64,000 nt of DNA from an uncultured Planctomycetales bacterium (GTDB lineage Bacteria; Omnitrophota; Gorgyraeia; Gygaellales; Profunditerraquicolaceae). Below the pieces are notes generated by a model, which searched no databases, was not told the DNA's origin, and was given only the letters and a program-made list of their open reading frames with translations. Location: the NCBI GenBank assembly GCA_964542785.1, contig CAZIUK010000001.1, positions 506,862-570,861 on the forward strand, read 5' to 3'. The position numbers were made by a program, and so were the translations under genes. Numbering within the stretch: the stretch's first letter is position 1; every line of letters begins with the position of its first letter. Below are positions 29,792-38,202 of this stretch, piece after piece.

Positions 29792-30106
29792 ATGCAGCCA
29801 AGAGGAAGGCCAAAGAAGTATAGGATAGTCCGGTTGGACCCTAAAATAGCCAGATTTAGCCCAAGGGGCAAGCCCGGTAGGCCTGATGAGATAGACTTAC
29901 CTATGGATCAATTCGAAGCAATAAGGTTATCTGATTATATGGAACTGCCGCAAAAAAAGGCTGCTGAATCAATGAGAATATCCCAACAAACCTTTAGTCG
30001 GATACTAAATAAAGCAAGAAGAGCCCTTGCACATGCCTTAATTAATGGAAATACCATAAAAATTCAAGGCGGACACTACGTAATAACCTCAAAAGAAACC
30101 CCCTGA
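29792..30106 (+). CDS. DUF134/UPF0251-family predicted DNA-binding protein
   Basis: N-terminal RGRPKKYRIV motif (the DUF134 signature) and a C-terminal sigma-70 region-4-like HTH (ESMRISQQTFSRILNKAR). Confidence 0.65.
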   Translation: MQPRGRPKKYRIVRLDPKIARFSPRGKPGRPDEIDLPMDQFEAIRLSDYMELPQKKAAESMRISQQTFSRILNKARRALAHALINGNTIKIQGGHYVITSKETP

Positions 30107-30152
30107 AAACCTTAAAAATCAACTCTTTAGCCTGAACTTACCTTATAGCTTA

Positions 30153-30180
30153 ACTTCCTATAATATATCTTATGTTAACT
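30153..30180. other. dif-like XerC/XerD chromosome dimer resolution site
   Basis: ACTTCCTATAATATATCTTATGTTAACT matches B. subtilis dif (ACTTCCTAGAATATATATTATGTAAACT, recalled from memory) at 25 of 28 positions; it lies in the convergent AT-rich gap where the gene strand switches. Confidence 0.6.
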
Positions 30181-30347
30181 ATTATATATTGGATAAATAT
30201 CAGTAATCATTTGCAGGACATAGAGTTAAAGAAGTATATTATTATCCTGTGGATAAGCAGAATTTTATTTACTTAAACTTACTTCTATTATTTAAAGTTA
30301 ACAGATTATAAGAGATTAATGAATAGTCTTACCGGGATTTTTAGCCC

Positions 30348-31022
30348 TTAATCTCTTAGGGGGGGTTTAACCATAATATCAGTAGTTAAACTAGCACCGC
30401 TTGCTATGCCGAAGATAGTAGTTCGAGCAAAGACCTTAACTAAAATTGTGCCTAAAACTGTATTAATATTTGTAATATCAGCATATTTTTCATAAAGATT
30501 GACATTAAATTCCTTAACTAGAGGGGCGCCTTTCTTTGTGTAATCCTTGTATATTAATCTACCTATTCTAAGCTCTAAATTATCTATTTGGATATCTAAG
30601 GTTTTTGCCTTAAGCTTGTCCTTCTTTCCTACCCCTTCTTTTTGCTCTTTATAAGAGTTTAAATAATCAAGGTTAGTCTTCCCCTCCTTATTCTTGACTA
30701 CCTTAAGCTCCTTTAAATTAAGCTTTAACTCTTTAAAGTAAGCCCTCCTTTCAAAGATTGCCGGCAAGCTATAATCAATAAAAATATTGGGGATATCTAG
30801 CATAATCCTATCTTCAAATCCTTTTGGGTTATATAGTTTAAGCCCGGTTATATTTACCCTGCTTTTAAATACCCCCACATTAAAGCTATCCACACTTAAT
30901 TTAACTCCGGTGGCGAATCGTACACCATTTTCAAAGACAACCTTTAGAAAAATGTCCTTTAAAAATAAAACCCCTAAAATAATAATAAAAAGGAAGGTTA
31001 ATATTTTTTTAAACTTCTTCAT
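30348..31022 (-). CDS. hypothetical membrane-anchored protein
   Basis: 224 aa with an N-terminal TM helix; no recognisable motif. Confidence 0.4.
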   Translation of the reverse strand: MKKFKKILTFLFIIILGVLFLKDIFLKVVFENGVRFATGVKLSVDSFNVGVFKSRVNITGLKLYNPKGFEDRIMLDIPNIFIDYSLPAIFERRAYFKELKLNLKELKVVKNKEGKTNLDYLNSYKEQKEGVGKKDKLKAKTLDIQIDNLELRIGRLIYKDYTKKGAPLVKEFNVNLYEKYADITNINTVLGTILVKVFARTTIFGIASGASLTTDIMVKPPLRD

Positions 31023-31058
31023 CGTCCCTCCTTACAGGCTCGTTTTTTAAGTACTATG

Positions 31059-31565
31059 TTAACTTGACCTGATAAAATCATCCATTATCTTTTTGCCTGT
31101 TGTAAATGATGAATCTAACTTAGGGAGGCTTGAAATCTTATCTGTAATCTGCCGTATTCTCTCTAGATTATCTTTCATCGTTTTAACCCTATCAATTAAT
31201 TTATCCGATAATTTATTTTCTAAAATATAGTCTTCTACTATCTCTAAGTTTCCCCTAATCGCAAGGAGAGGATTATTTATCTTATCTCCAACCCTTAATG
31301 CTGCTTCGGCTATTGCTGCCTGCTTATTTTTTTCCATTATCTCATCTACTAAAGAACGAAACATCCTTTTACCAGCGTATATACCCAACATAAAGACTAC
31401 CAGCGTACAGAAAACTATACACCCTATCTGGCTTGCAAGAATTTTTAAGGTAGATAACCTTACAGTTATTAGATACGTAAAAACCAAGAAAGGTATAACC
31501 CCAACCATAGAAAGAGAAAGGTCAAAATCTCTCTTTCTTTTAAAAATAAACCTCTTAATATCCAT
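31059..31565 (-). CDS. membrane protein with a degenerate HisKA-like dimerisation helix (no conserved His, no ATPase domain)
   Basis: Two TM helices followed by DKINNPLLAIRGNLEIV, which resembles the histidine-kinase phospho-acceptor helix with Asn in place of His. Confidence 0.3.
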   Translation of the reverse strand: MDIKRFIFKRKRDFDLSLSMVGVIPFLVFTYLITVRLSTLKILASQIGCIVFCTLVVFMLGIYAGKRMFRSLVDEIMEKNKQAAIAEAALRVGDKINNPLLAIRGNLEIVEDYILENKLSDKLIDRVKTMKDNLERIRQITDKISSLPKLDSSFTTGKKIMDDFIRSS

Positions 31566-31701
31566 CCCCCTCCTCCTTTAATCTTCCTTTGGCCAACCTT
31601 ATAAATTTTTCCTCCTGCTAAACTAACGGCCAATCTAACCTTAGTATAACAGAACCAATATTAATTGAAAAGAGAAAGGTTGCCAAACCCAACCAATAAC
31701 A

Positions 31702-32673
31702 TTAACCATTTTTTAAGACGGATTTTATATTAACCCCGGCAAACCTTTCTAAACCAAATGAATCCTGAACCCATCCACCTGATAAGCCAAACTCCTCCAT
31801 TATTCTTTTAGCCTCCTCATATTCTTTAATTTTTAAACTACGAGCTATAAGTTCATCTTTATCTGCTTTATAATAAGGAAGATACTGGCTCATCAGGCTA
31901 ATTAAAGAATTAACAGACACCTCTTCTGCTATAAAACGCATAATTTCTTTGGTTCCGGAGAGTCCATTAGGCAAGACAAGGTGCCTTATAATTAATCCAC
32001 GCCTCATTATACCGCTATCGTCAAACTCATCTTTATTTATTTGGCGACGCATCTCAATAAGTGCTCTTTTGCTATACTCAGGATAGTTAAAAGCAAAAGA
32101 ATACTTTTCTGCTATCTTAGCGTCTGCGTAACGCATATCGGTTAAATAGATATCCACTATTCCCTCAAGCAACTTAAGGGCTTCTGTTGTCTCAAACCCG
32201 CTTGTATTATAGACTAAAGGAATCTTCAAGCCTTGAGGTATTGCTATCCTTAAAGCCATTAGTATCTGAGGGAGTATATGGGTAGGCGTTACAAAATTTA
32301 TATTATGACAACCTAAGTCCTGAAGGCTTAGCATAAAATCCGCCAACTCCTTAAAAGAAACCTCCCTTCCCTTCCCTAATTGGCTAAACTCATAATTCTG
32401 GCAATACAAACACCCCATATTGCAATTTGAAAAGAAGATTGTCCCGGATCCATTTTTACCTGAGATGGGGGGTTCCTCGCCTTTATGGCTCATAAAACTA
32501 TAAACCTTAGGCAGGTATCCTGTTTTACAAAATCCATTTTCATTATCAAGACGGTTAACTCTGCAATTACGAGGGCATAAAGAGCAGGATTTCATCATCA
32601 AGGTAAGTCCTTCAATCGCTTTATCTAATTTTTTATCTTGGAAAGCCCTTAAGTATGAGGGATAAAGAACCAT
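31702..32673 (-). CDS. radical SAM protein, PflX-like (pyruvate formate-lyase activase homolog)
   Basis: CNMGCLYC CxxxCxxC cluster motif plus an upstream Cys cluster (CSLCPRNC); about 320 aa as in COG1313. Confidence 0.7.
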   Translation of the reverse strand: MVLYPSYLRAFQDKKLDKAIEGLTLMMKSCSLCPRNCRVNRLDNENGFCKTGYLPKVYSFMSHKGEEPPISGKNGSGTIFFSNCNMGCLYCQNYEFSQLGKGREVSFKELADFMLSLQDLGCHNINFVTPTHILPQILMALRIAIPQGLKIPLVYNTSGFETTEALKLLEGIVDIYLTDMRYADAKIAEKYSFAFNYPEYSKRALIEMRRQINKDEFDDSGIMRRGLIIRHLVLPNGLSGTKEIMRFIAEEVSVNSLISLMSQYLPYYKADKDELIARSLKIKEYEEAKRIMEEFGLSGGWVQDSFGLERFAGVNIKSVLKNG

Positions 32674-32676
32674 CGA

Positions 32677-33414
32677 TTATTCAATTTGCCTTATTAAAGT
32701 TATTTCTTTTTCCACTCTCTCTATCCTATCTTTAATTGGAGGATGGGAGCTTAAAAAAACTAAATCTGTCCCGGATTTTTTATTATTCTCTAACTTCCTA
32801 AAAAAAGTAATCATCCCGTAAGGGTTAAAACCTGCCGCATAGGAATATTTTACAGACAACTTATCAGCTAAAAATTCATCCTGACGGCTAAATCCCAAAG
32901 CAATAATGTTATAAGTTATATTCAAAACTTCAGATATTGCCCCTGCCTTGTCTTTGCCTAAGGCTATATTAAGAAGGATTTGATAGCCCATGTTCGCCTG
33001 TAGCCTTTTTACGCTATGCCGCGCTGCAATATGCCCTATCTCATGCGCCAATACCGCAGCCAGTTCGTCGTCGTTAGCCTCATTTATCAGCCCGCTGTTA
33101 ACATAGACAAACCCCCCGGGGATAGCAAAGGCGTTAAACTCATCATCTTTGATAATACCAAATGTGTATTTTAAATCTTGCCTATCTGAAACAGCTGATA
33201 TTCTTTGTCCTATAATATCTAACCTCTCTTGCATTAACCTGTCTTTTAATATCTTAAAGTCTTTCTTTACCTGCTTATCTAAATCTCTACCTAAAGCAAC
33301 TTCGTCTTTAGTGTCAATAAGGATAAGCTCATTTCTACCCGTAGCAGGGTTATACAATGTAGCGCAACCGCTTAAAAATACTATTAAGAAGGTAAGGATA
33401 AAAAACTTTCTCAT
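32677..33414 (-). CDS. M48-family zinc metalloprotease lipoprotein
   Basis: Lipobox LSGC; HEIGH (HExxH) zinc motif and the M48 pattern. Confidence 0.75.
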   Translation of the reverse strand: MRKFFILTFLIVFLSGCATLYNPATGRNELILIDTKDEVALGRDLDKQVKKDFKILKDRLMQERLDIIGQRISAVSDRQDLKYTFGIIKDDEFNAFAIPGGFVYVNSGLINEANDDELAAVLAHEIGHIAARHSVKRLQANMGYQILLNIALGKDKAGAISEVLNITYNIIALGFSRQDEFLADKLSVKYSYAAGFNPYGMITFFRKLENNKKSGTDLVFLSSHPPIKDRIERVEKEITLIRQIE

Positions 33415-33415
33415 T

Positions 33416-33934
33416 TTAAATCTGTTTATGGTATAACTCTCTTATGCAGTTAAAAATATCAATATACTCGCCTTTCTTAAAATCAGGATAAGACCATTGA
33501 CTAGGAAGAAAAGATCCCCCCTTAAAATAAAGTGAGACCTCGGCAAATATCCCTTTATTAAGGTATATTCTGTGGGAATAATCTTTTGTGGTAGCTAAAA
33601 CAACTTTTGCTAAATCTAAGTAGCCGGGGTCAATATTTACCCGGCGCTTGCCTTTAAATGAAAGCTTACTTTCCAGAGCATTAGTTAAGGACTTTATCTT
33701 ATAAAGGCTTAAAGGATTTATCAGTTTAAAGAAACTTACAAAAGAGCGTTTTAGGTTTTTTCCAAATTCCTCAGCGTAATAATCGGTTAGATCAAAAGGA
33801 AGAATTTTGCTTTCAAAATCTATCCGTCCGTATTTTTTTTCTAAGATATCTTTAGATTTTTTAAAAACTTCTTCGTCTAAATATATAAACCCAGCTATAA
33901 GTTTAACAGGTTTTACTTTAGAGGCTCTGCCCAT
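33416..33934 (-). CDS. hypothetical protein
   Basis: 172 aa with no recognisable motif; translationally coupled to the M48 protease gene. Confidence 0.4.
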   Translation of the reverse strand: MGRASKVKPVKLIAGFIYLDEEVFKKSKDILEKKYGRIDFESKILPFDLTDYYAEEFGKNLKRSFVSFFKLINPLSLYKIKSLTNALESKLSFKGKRRVNIDPGYLDLAKVVLATTKDYSHRIYLNKGIFAEVSLYFKGGSFLPSQWSYPDFKKGEYIDIFNCIRELYHKQI

Positions 33935-33968
33935 ACTATTTTAAAAGGCAAGGTTCGGAGGGAAAGTA

Positions 33969-34319
33969 TTAACGGATAAACTGTTTAATATACTTGGAGA
34001 TTTTCTTGCGTTGCTCATCCTTAATAGCATTAAAAAATATAGCTATATTAAAACCATCCTTATTCTCATCGTCAGTCCTTACGATCACGCCTTCGCAAGT
34101 TACAGTATAATTTTTATCCTTATTCTTCTCTTTTATCGGTAAAGTTAATTTAACCAATACTTTAGTAAAGGGAGGTATATATTTGGCAATTCTACAATAA
34201 GCCCCAATACAGCTTAAATTCTTAGTCGTAGTTGAAAAACCATATCCATTGGCAGCTACATTGAAAGGAAGCTCTTTATTTATACGCGGGTGTATTCTTC
34301 TTTCTGCGCCTATCTTCAT
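33969..34319 (-). CDS. PilZ-domain protein (c-di-GMP receptor)
   Basis: RRIHPR (RxxxR) and NLSCIG (D/NxSxxG) PilZ motifs; 116 aa. Confidence 0.55.
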   Translation of the reverse strand: MKIGAERRIHPRINKELPFNVAANGYGFSTTTKNLSCIGAYCRIAKYIPPFTKVLVKLTLPIKEKNKDKNYTVTCEGVIVRTDDENKDGFNIAIFFNAIKDEQRKKISKYIKQFIR

Positions 34320-34328
34320 TAATTTTCC

Positions 34329-34508
34329 TTAAGAAGCCTTAGACTTCTCTAAAAAATTCTTCCAGCATCTCTTGGTACAATAGAATTTGCCGTTACGGTA
34401 ATATATCTTTATCTTCTTTAATGGCTTATTGCATGCTAAGCAATTTGTTTGTTTTTCTTCTTTTTGTTTTGTTTCTGATGTAACTGTTGTAGTAGTTTCT
34501 TGAGACAT
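34329..34508 (-). CDS. small zinc-ribbon protein (59 aa; below the ORF-track length cutoff)
   Basis: Hand translation gives MSQETTTTVTSETKQKEEKQTNCLACNKPLKKIKIYYRNGKFYCTKRCWKNFLEKSKAS with a CxxC...C..(K)RC ribbon; sits between the two PilZ genes. Confidence 0.35.
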   Translation of the reverse strand: MSQETTTTVTSETKQKEEKQTNCLACNKPLKKIKIYYRNGKFYCTKRCWKNFLEKSKAS

Positions 34509-34533
34509 ATTCTCTTTATCTTCCTTTCTTAAA

Positions 34534-34911
34534 TTAAGCTCTTTTAACCTTTAAATAATCTGATAAAAAAATCTTTTCATTCTGGTCAAACTCTATAAAC
34601 TCTACCCCTAACCTGTTTTTTTGCGAATGAGGCAAAGGTTGACACCATGAGACTCTTCCAATAGGATAAAGAGTCCTGTTAAGAAGATCTAACTCCAACG
34701 TCAAGGCGGTAGTAGGCGGGATGAATTTTAAGGCAACAAATCCTACCCCTCCTTCACTTATATTATCAGAAATGGTATTAGCATACTCTGGCTTTCCCCT
34801 TACCTGATAACGAAGTCTTGTGCGTAAACTAACACGCTGAAATTGCCTCTTCTCCTTTTTCGCCTTTATAAAATCTATCTCTTCCTCCTTATGATGGTAA
34901 AATAATAACAC
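34534..34911 (-). CDS. PilZ-domain protein (c-di-GMP receptor)
   Basis: RQFQRVSLR (RxxxR) and DNISEGG (DxSxGG) PilZ motifs. Confidence 0.65.
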   Translation of the reverse strand: MLLFYHHKEEEIDFIKAKKEKRQFQRVSLRTRLRYQVRGKPEYANTISDNISEGGVGFVALKFIPPTTALTLELDLLNRTLYPIGRVSWCQPLPHSQKNRLGVEFIEFDQNEKIFLSDYLKVKRA

Positions 34912-35002
34912 ATATTAATCTTTATGTCAATTTAATTATCTTATTTACCAAATAATTGACATATGGCTTCCTTTTGTTATAATAAAGACGAAAGGAAAAT
35001 GA

Positions 35003-35827
35003 ATGTATTGTAAGTTTTACAACTTAAAAGAACGCCCCTTTAATGTTACATCTGACCCGGCATTTTTTTTCTTCAGCAATAAGCATAAAGAGGCCTTGGC
35101 CCACCTACATTACGGAGTCTCAGAGAGAAAAGGGATTATAGTTTTAACCGGAGAGATAGGCACCGGTAAAACCACCCTCTGTAGGTTCTTCTTAGGCGAG
35201 CTTGAGAAAAATGTAAAAACTGCTTTTATATTAAATCCCCGCTTCTCTGAAGCACAACTCCTAGAATCTATAGTAACTGACTTTGGGATCCCCGCCTTAG
35301 GAAAGAATAAATTAGGAATGGTCTCCCAGCTAAACGAATTTCTTCTACGGGAATCATCTTTAAAGAATAATGTCGTATTAATTATAGACGAAGCGCAAAA
35401 CTTAAAACCCGGACTCTTAGAGCAGATACGTCTTCTCTCTAATATTGAGACAGAAAAAGAAAAACTCCTTCAAGTAATACTCGTAGGCCAACCTGAACTT
35501 AATGCACGGCTAAACCTCTATGAGTTAAGGCAACTAAGACAAAGGATTATGGTTAGATACCATATCCTCCCCCTTGAACACAGAGAAATAGCAGATTATA
35601 TTAAGCATAGGCTTAATATCGCCGGTTTAGCCGAAGGGATAGAGTTTACTATTGAGGCTATAGAAAGAATTAGCAGCTTTTCTTCAGGAACCCCACGATT
35701 AATAAATATGATTTGCGATAGAGCCTTACTAGCAGGGTTTACCGCAGGGTCCAAAAGCATAGATCGGGATATAATCAACAGGTGTCTTGAAGAACTGGAT
35801 AGTTATGCGATAGGAGGTAAAATTTGA
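35003..35827 (+). CDS. ExeA/GspA-family AAA ATPase
   Basis: FYNLKERPFNVTSDPAFFFFSNKHKEALAHLHYGV...GIIVLTGEIGTGKTTL is the ExeA N-terminal signature plus Walker A; a TTGACA-16-TATAAT promoter lies at about 34962-34989. Confidence 0.8.
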   Translation: MYCKFYNLKERPFNVTSDPAFFFFSNKHKEALAHLHYGVSERKGIIVLTGEIGTGKTTLCRFFLGELEKNVKTAFILNPRFSEAQLLESIVTDFGIPALGKNKLGMVSQLNEFLLRESSLKNNVVLIIDEAQNLKPGLLEQIRLLSNIETEKEKLLQVILVGQPELNARLNLYELRQLRQRIMVRYHILPLEHREIADYIKHRLNIAGLAEGIEFTIEAIERISSFSSGTPRLINMICDRALLAGFTAGSKSIDRDIINRCLEELDSYAIGGKI

Positions 35828-36303
35828 GTATAATTTATGATGCCTTAAAAAAATTAGAAAAAAATATAAGTCATCCCAATAACCAACAGGATAACCCTAA
35901 ACTTACAAAAAAACCTGAAATCAAAAAACCAAACCCCTTACTTGTATTTACCCTCATTCTTTTATCGTTAGTATTTATAACAAAAACTATTATACAAATA
36001 GTTAAGAATTCTAAAACAGCACAACTTTCTACAACCCCTAAATCCATAGCAATAGAGCCAACTGCAGAAATTACTCCTCAAGATAAAATAGAAGAATCCC
36101 CTCTTATAAAAGAACCCCCAGAACCTGAATTAACATTAAATGGGATATATTTCCAAGGCAGTGAAAGCTATGCCTTAATCAATAACAAGGTAGTTAAACC
36201 CGGTGATACCATACAGAATGCAAAGGTAAAAGAGATAAACTTAGAGAAAGTATCTTTAGACTTTGAGGGAAAAGTAATTACCCTGCTTAATTCTTCGCAT
36301 TAA
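35824..36303 (+). CDS. GspB/ExeB-like membrane-anchored partner of ExeA
   Basis: N-terminus (M)SIIYDALKKLEK resembles the GspB N-terminal motif MSYILDALKK; one TM helix; TTG start overlaps the ExeA stop. Confidence 0.5.
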   Translation: MSIIYDALKKLEKNISHPNNQQDNPKLTKKPEIKKPNPLLVFTLILLSLVFITKTIIQIVKNSKTAQLSTTPKSIAIEPTAEITPQDKIEESPLIKEPPEPELTLNGIYFQGSESYALINNKVVKPGDTIQNAKVKEINLEKVSLDFEGKVITLLNSSH

Positions 36304-37391
36304 AGATAAACCCTATCCCTAACAGCAGAACGTATAATCTCAAGAGGAAGGTTATTAACTATTTTTACCCTGCCTAATTTAGACAAGAGAACAAATTTAT
36401 TGGCTTTACCGCAAAACTTCTTATCGTGATAATGTTTTTTTAGGATGCTATTTAAAGGCACTCCTTCTATCTTTACCGGCAAACCGATATTCTTAATCAA
36501 TAACTCTACCCTTTTAAGCACCTCCTCGCCTATAAGCTTAAGTTCAACGCTTATCCTAAGCGAGACAAGCATCCCTAAAGCTATCGCCTCCCCATGGGTA
36601 TAGCCCTTAAAACCCAAGGCCGCCTCAATAGCATGGCCTATGGTATGCCCAAAGTTTAATATAGTGCGTATCCCTTTCTCCTCCCTTTCATCAGAAGAGA
36701 CAACCATAGCTTTTATCCTTGCACAAGAGTTAACTATATATTCCAAAGAAAGCTTGTTTAGATTGATTATCTTTTTATAGTTTTTCTCTAAATAAACAAA
36801 CAACCCACTATCCTTAATCAGCCCATATTTTATCACTTCCGCTAAGCCACTTTTAATATCTTTCTTGCTTAAGGTTGTAAGGCAGGATACATCGCTTAAA
36901 ACCATTTTAGGCTGATAAAATGCCCCGACTAAATTCTTCCCCTCTCTTAAATCTATGGCAGTTTTTCCCCCGATAGCAGAATCTACCTGAGCTAATAAAG
37001 TAGTCGGAACCTGAATATAAGGTATCCCTCTTTTATAAACAGAAGCAACAAATCCGCTTAAATCCCCGATAACCCCTCCTCCTAAAGCAATGATAAAGGG
37101 CTTTCTCTTAAAGTCAAATTTAGCCAAATCTTTAATCAAAGAAGCAACAACATTTATATCTTTTGCCTCTTCTGCGTCAGGGACTATCTTGAATACAAAA
37201 TTAAGATTACTGCTTTTTAAGCTTTCAGCAATTAGATTGCCATAAAGTTTTTTAATGCGGCTATTGGTAACGATATAAGCATCCCTGCCTATTTTAATAC
37301 GGTTAAGAAAATGCCCCAATAAAGGCAGTATTTTTATACCGATGAGAATATTGTAGGATTTTTTTTTAAGGTTTAATTTAATAATACGCAT
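36300..37391 (-). CDS. aroB: 3-dehydroquinate synthase
   Basis: 363 aa; GGGVIGDLSGFVA NAD-binding loop and DHQS metal-binding His residues. Confidence 0.85.
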   Translation of the reverse strand: MRIIKLNLKKKSYNILIGIKILPLLGHFLNRIKIGRDAYIVTNSRIKKLYGNLIAESLKSSNLNFVFKIVPDAEEAKDINVVASLIKDLAKFDFKRKPFIIALGGGVIGDLSGFVASVYKRGIPYIQVPTTLLAQVDSAIGGKTAIDLREGKNLVGAFYQPKMVLSDVSCLTTLSKKDIKSGLAEVIKYGLIKDSGLFVYLEKNYKKIINLNKLSLEYIVNSCARIKAMVVSSDEREEKGIRTILNFGHTIGHAIEAALGFKGYTHGEAIALGMLVSLRISVELKLIGEEVLKRVELLIKNIGLPVKIEGVPLNSILKKHYHDKKFCGKANKFVLLSKLGRVKIVNNLPLEIIRSAVRDRVYL

Positions 37392-37418
37392 AGAGACGAA
37401 GCTTAAGAAACCTACTAT

Positions 37419-37664
37419 TTATTTACTCTTTGTTTCAGCGGCTGCCTCGGCAGAAACTCCTTTTAGAGCGGCTGCCTCGGCTTTAGCAGACTTTTCTTTC
37501 TTGATTTTAATCCTTACTGTTTTAAGTTTAGGCAACCCATAGACCTTATCCCCCTCTTTCCAGTTGCCCTTATCAATCATCGCCCTAATCCGTTCGCTGC
37601 GTTTTAATACGGATCTTTGTTTCTTATCTTTTTCAGCTACTGCCAATGACGGGTGTATAGACAT
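37419..37664 (-). CDS. small basic Lys/Ala-rich protein of unknown function
   Basis: ORF with a likely start at MSIHPS; very basic, not recognisably a ribosomal protein. Confidence 0.3.
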   Translation of the reverse strand: MSIHPSLAVAEKDKKQRSVLKRSERIRAMIDKGNWKEGDKVYGLPKLKTVRIKIKKEKSAKAEAAALKGVSAEAAAETKSK

Positions 37665-37666
37665 CT

Positions 37667-38194
37667 TTATAACCTCCTTATAAAGCAATCTTTATAATAT
37701 CTCCTTAACTCTAACAACAAGGCCTGCGCTTCTTCCTTATTAGAAAGATTGCCTACACATAAAATAATATGTTTTCCTTTGTTAATAATAGTAGAACCAT
37801 AACCTCTTTGTTTTAATAATTTCGCTTCTCTTTTAGCATTAGAGGTTGTTTTAAAACTCGCTACCTGTATAGTATAATCCTCTTTAGAGGGAATATCAAA
37901 GGTTAATTCCTCTTTAACAGTCTCTTCAGGGACAAAAGATACCTCCTCTTCTTCCTTAGGATATACCAAGGGAGATTTTTCTACAGTAACTACTCGCAAA
38001 TTCCTGCCCTTTTTAACTCCTAAAGAAAAGGCAACTATAGCTATTACCATTAAAACAATAAAAATAAGTATAGCCCTTTCATAGTTCCAAATATTTGTAT
38101 AATTACGCTTTAAATTAGGCTTTCTATAAGAAGATTTTTGTTTTTCAGTTGAATCTGAAAAGAGTTCTAATTGATCCTGGTATTTCTCGTCCAT
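37667..38194 (-). CDS. SPOR-domain membrane protein (septal peptidoglycan binding)
   Basis: N-terminal TM helix; C-terminal YTIQVASFKTTSNAKREAKLLKQRGY...LCVGNLSNKEEAQALL follows the SPOR repeat pattern. Confidence 0.6.
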   Translation of the reverse strand: MDEKYQDQLELFSDSTEKQKSSYRKPNLKRNYTNIWNYERAILIFIVLMVIAIVAFSLGVKKGRNLRVVTVEKSPLVYPKEEEEVSFVPEETVKEELTFDIPSKEDYTIQVASFKTTSNAKREAKLLKQRGYGSTIINKGKHIILCVGNLSNKEEAQALLLELRRYYKDCFIRRL

Positions 38195-38202
38195 ATCTTA
38201 AT

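Noticed and set aside
37419-37688. Small basic ORF as ribosomal protein S20/S21/L35
   Set aside because: The sequence does not fit the consensus of any of these as I recall them. The real rpsU is at 53109-53279. Left as a hypothetical basic protein.
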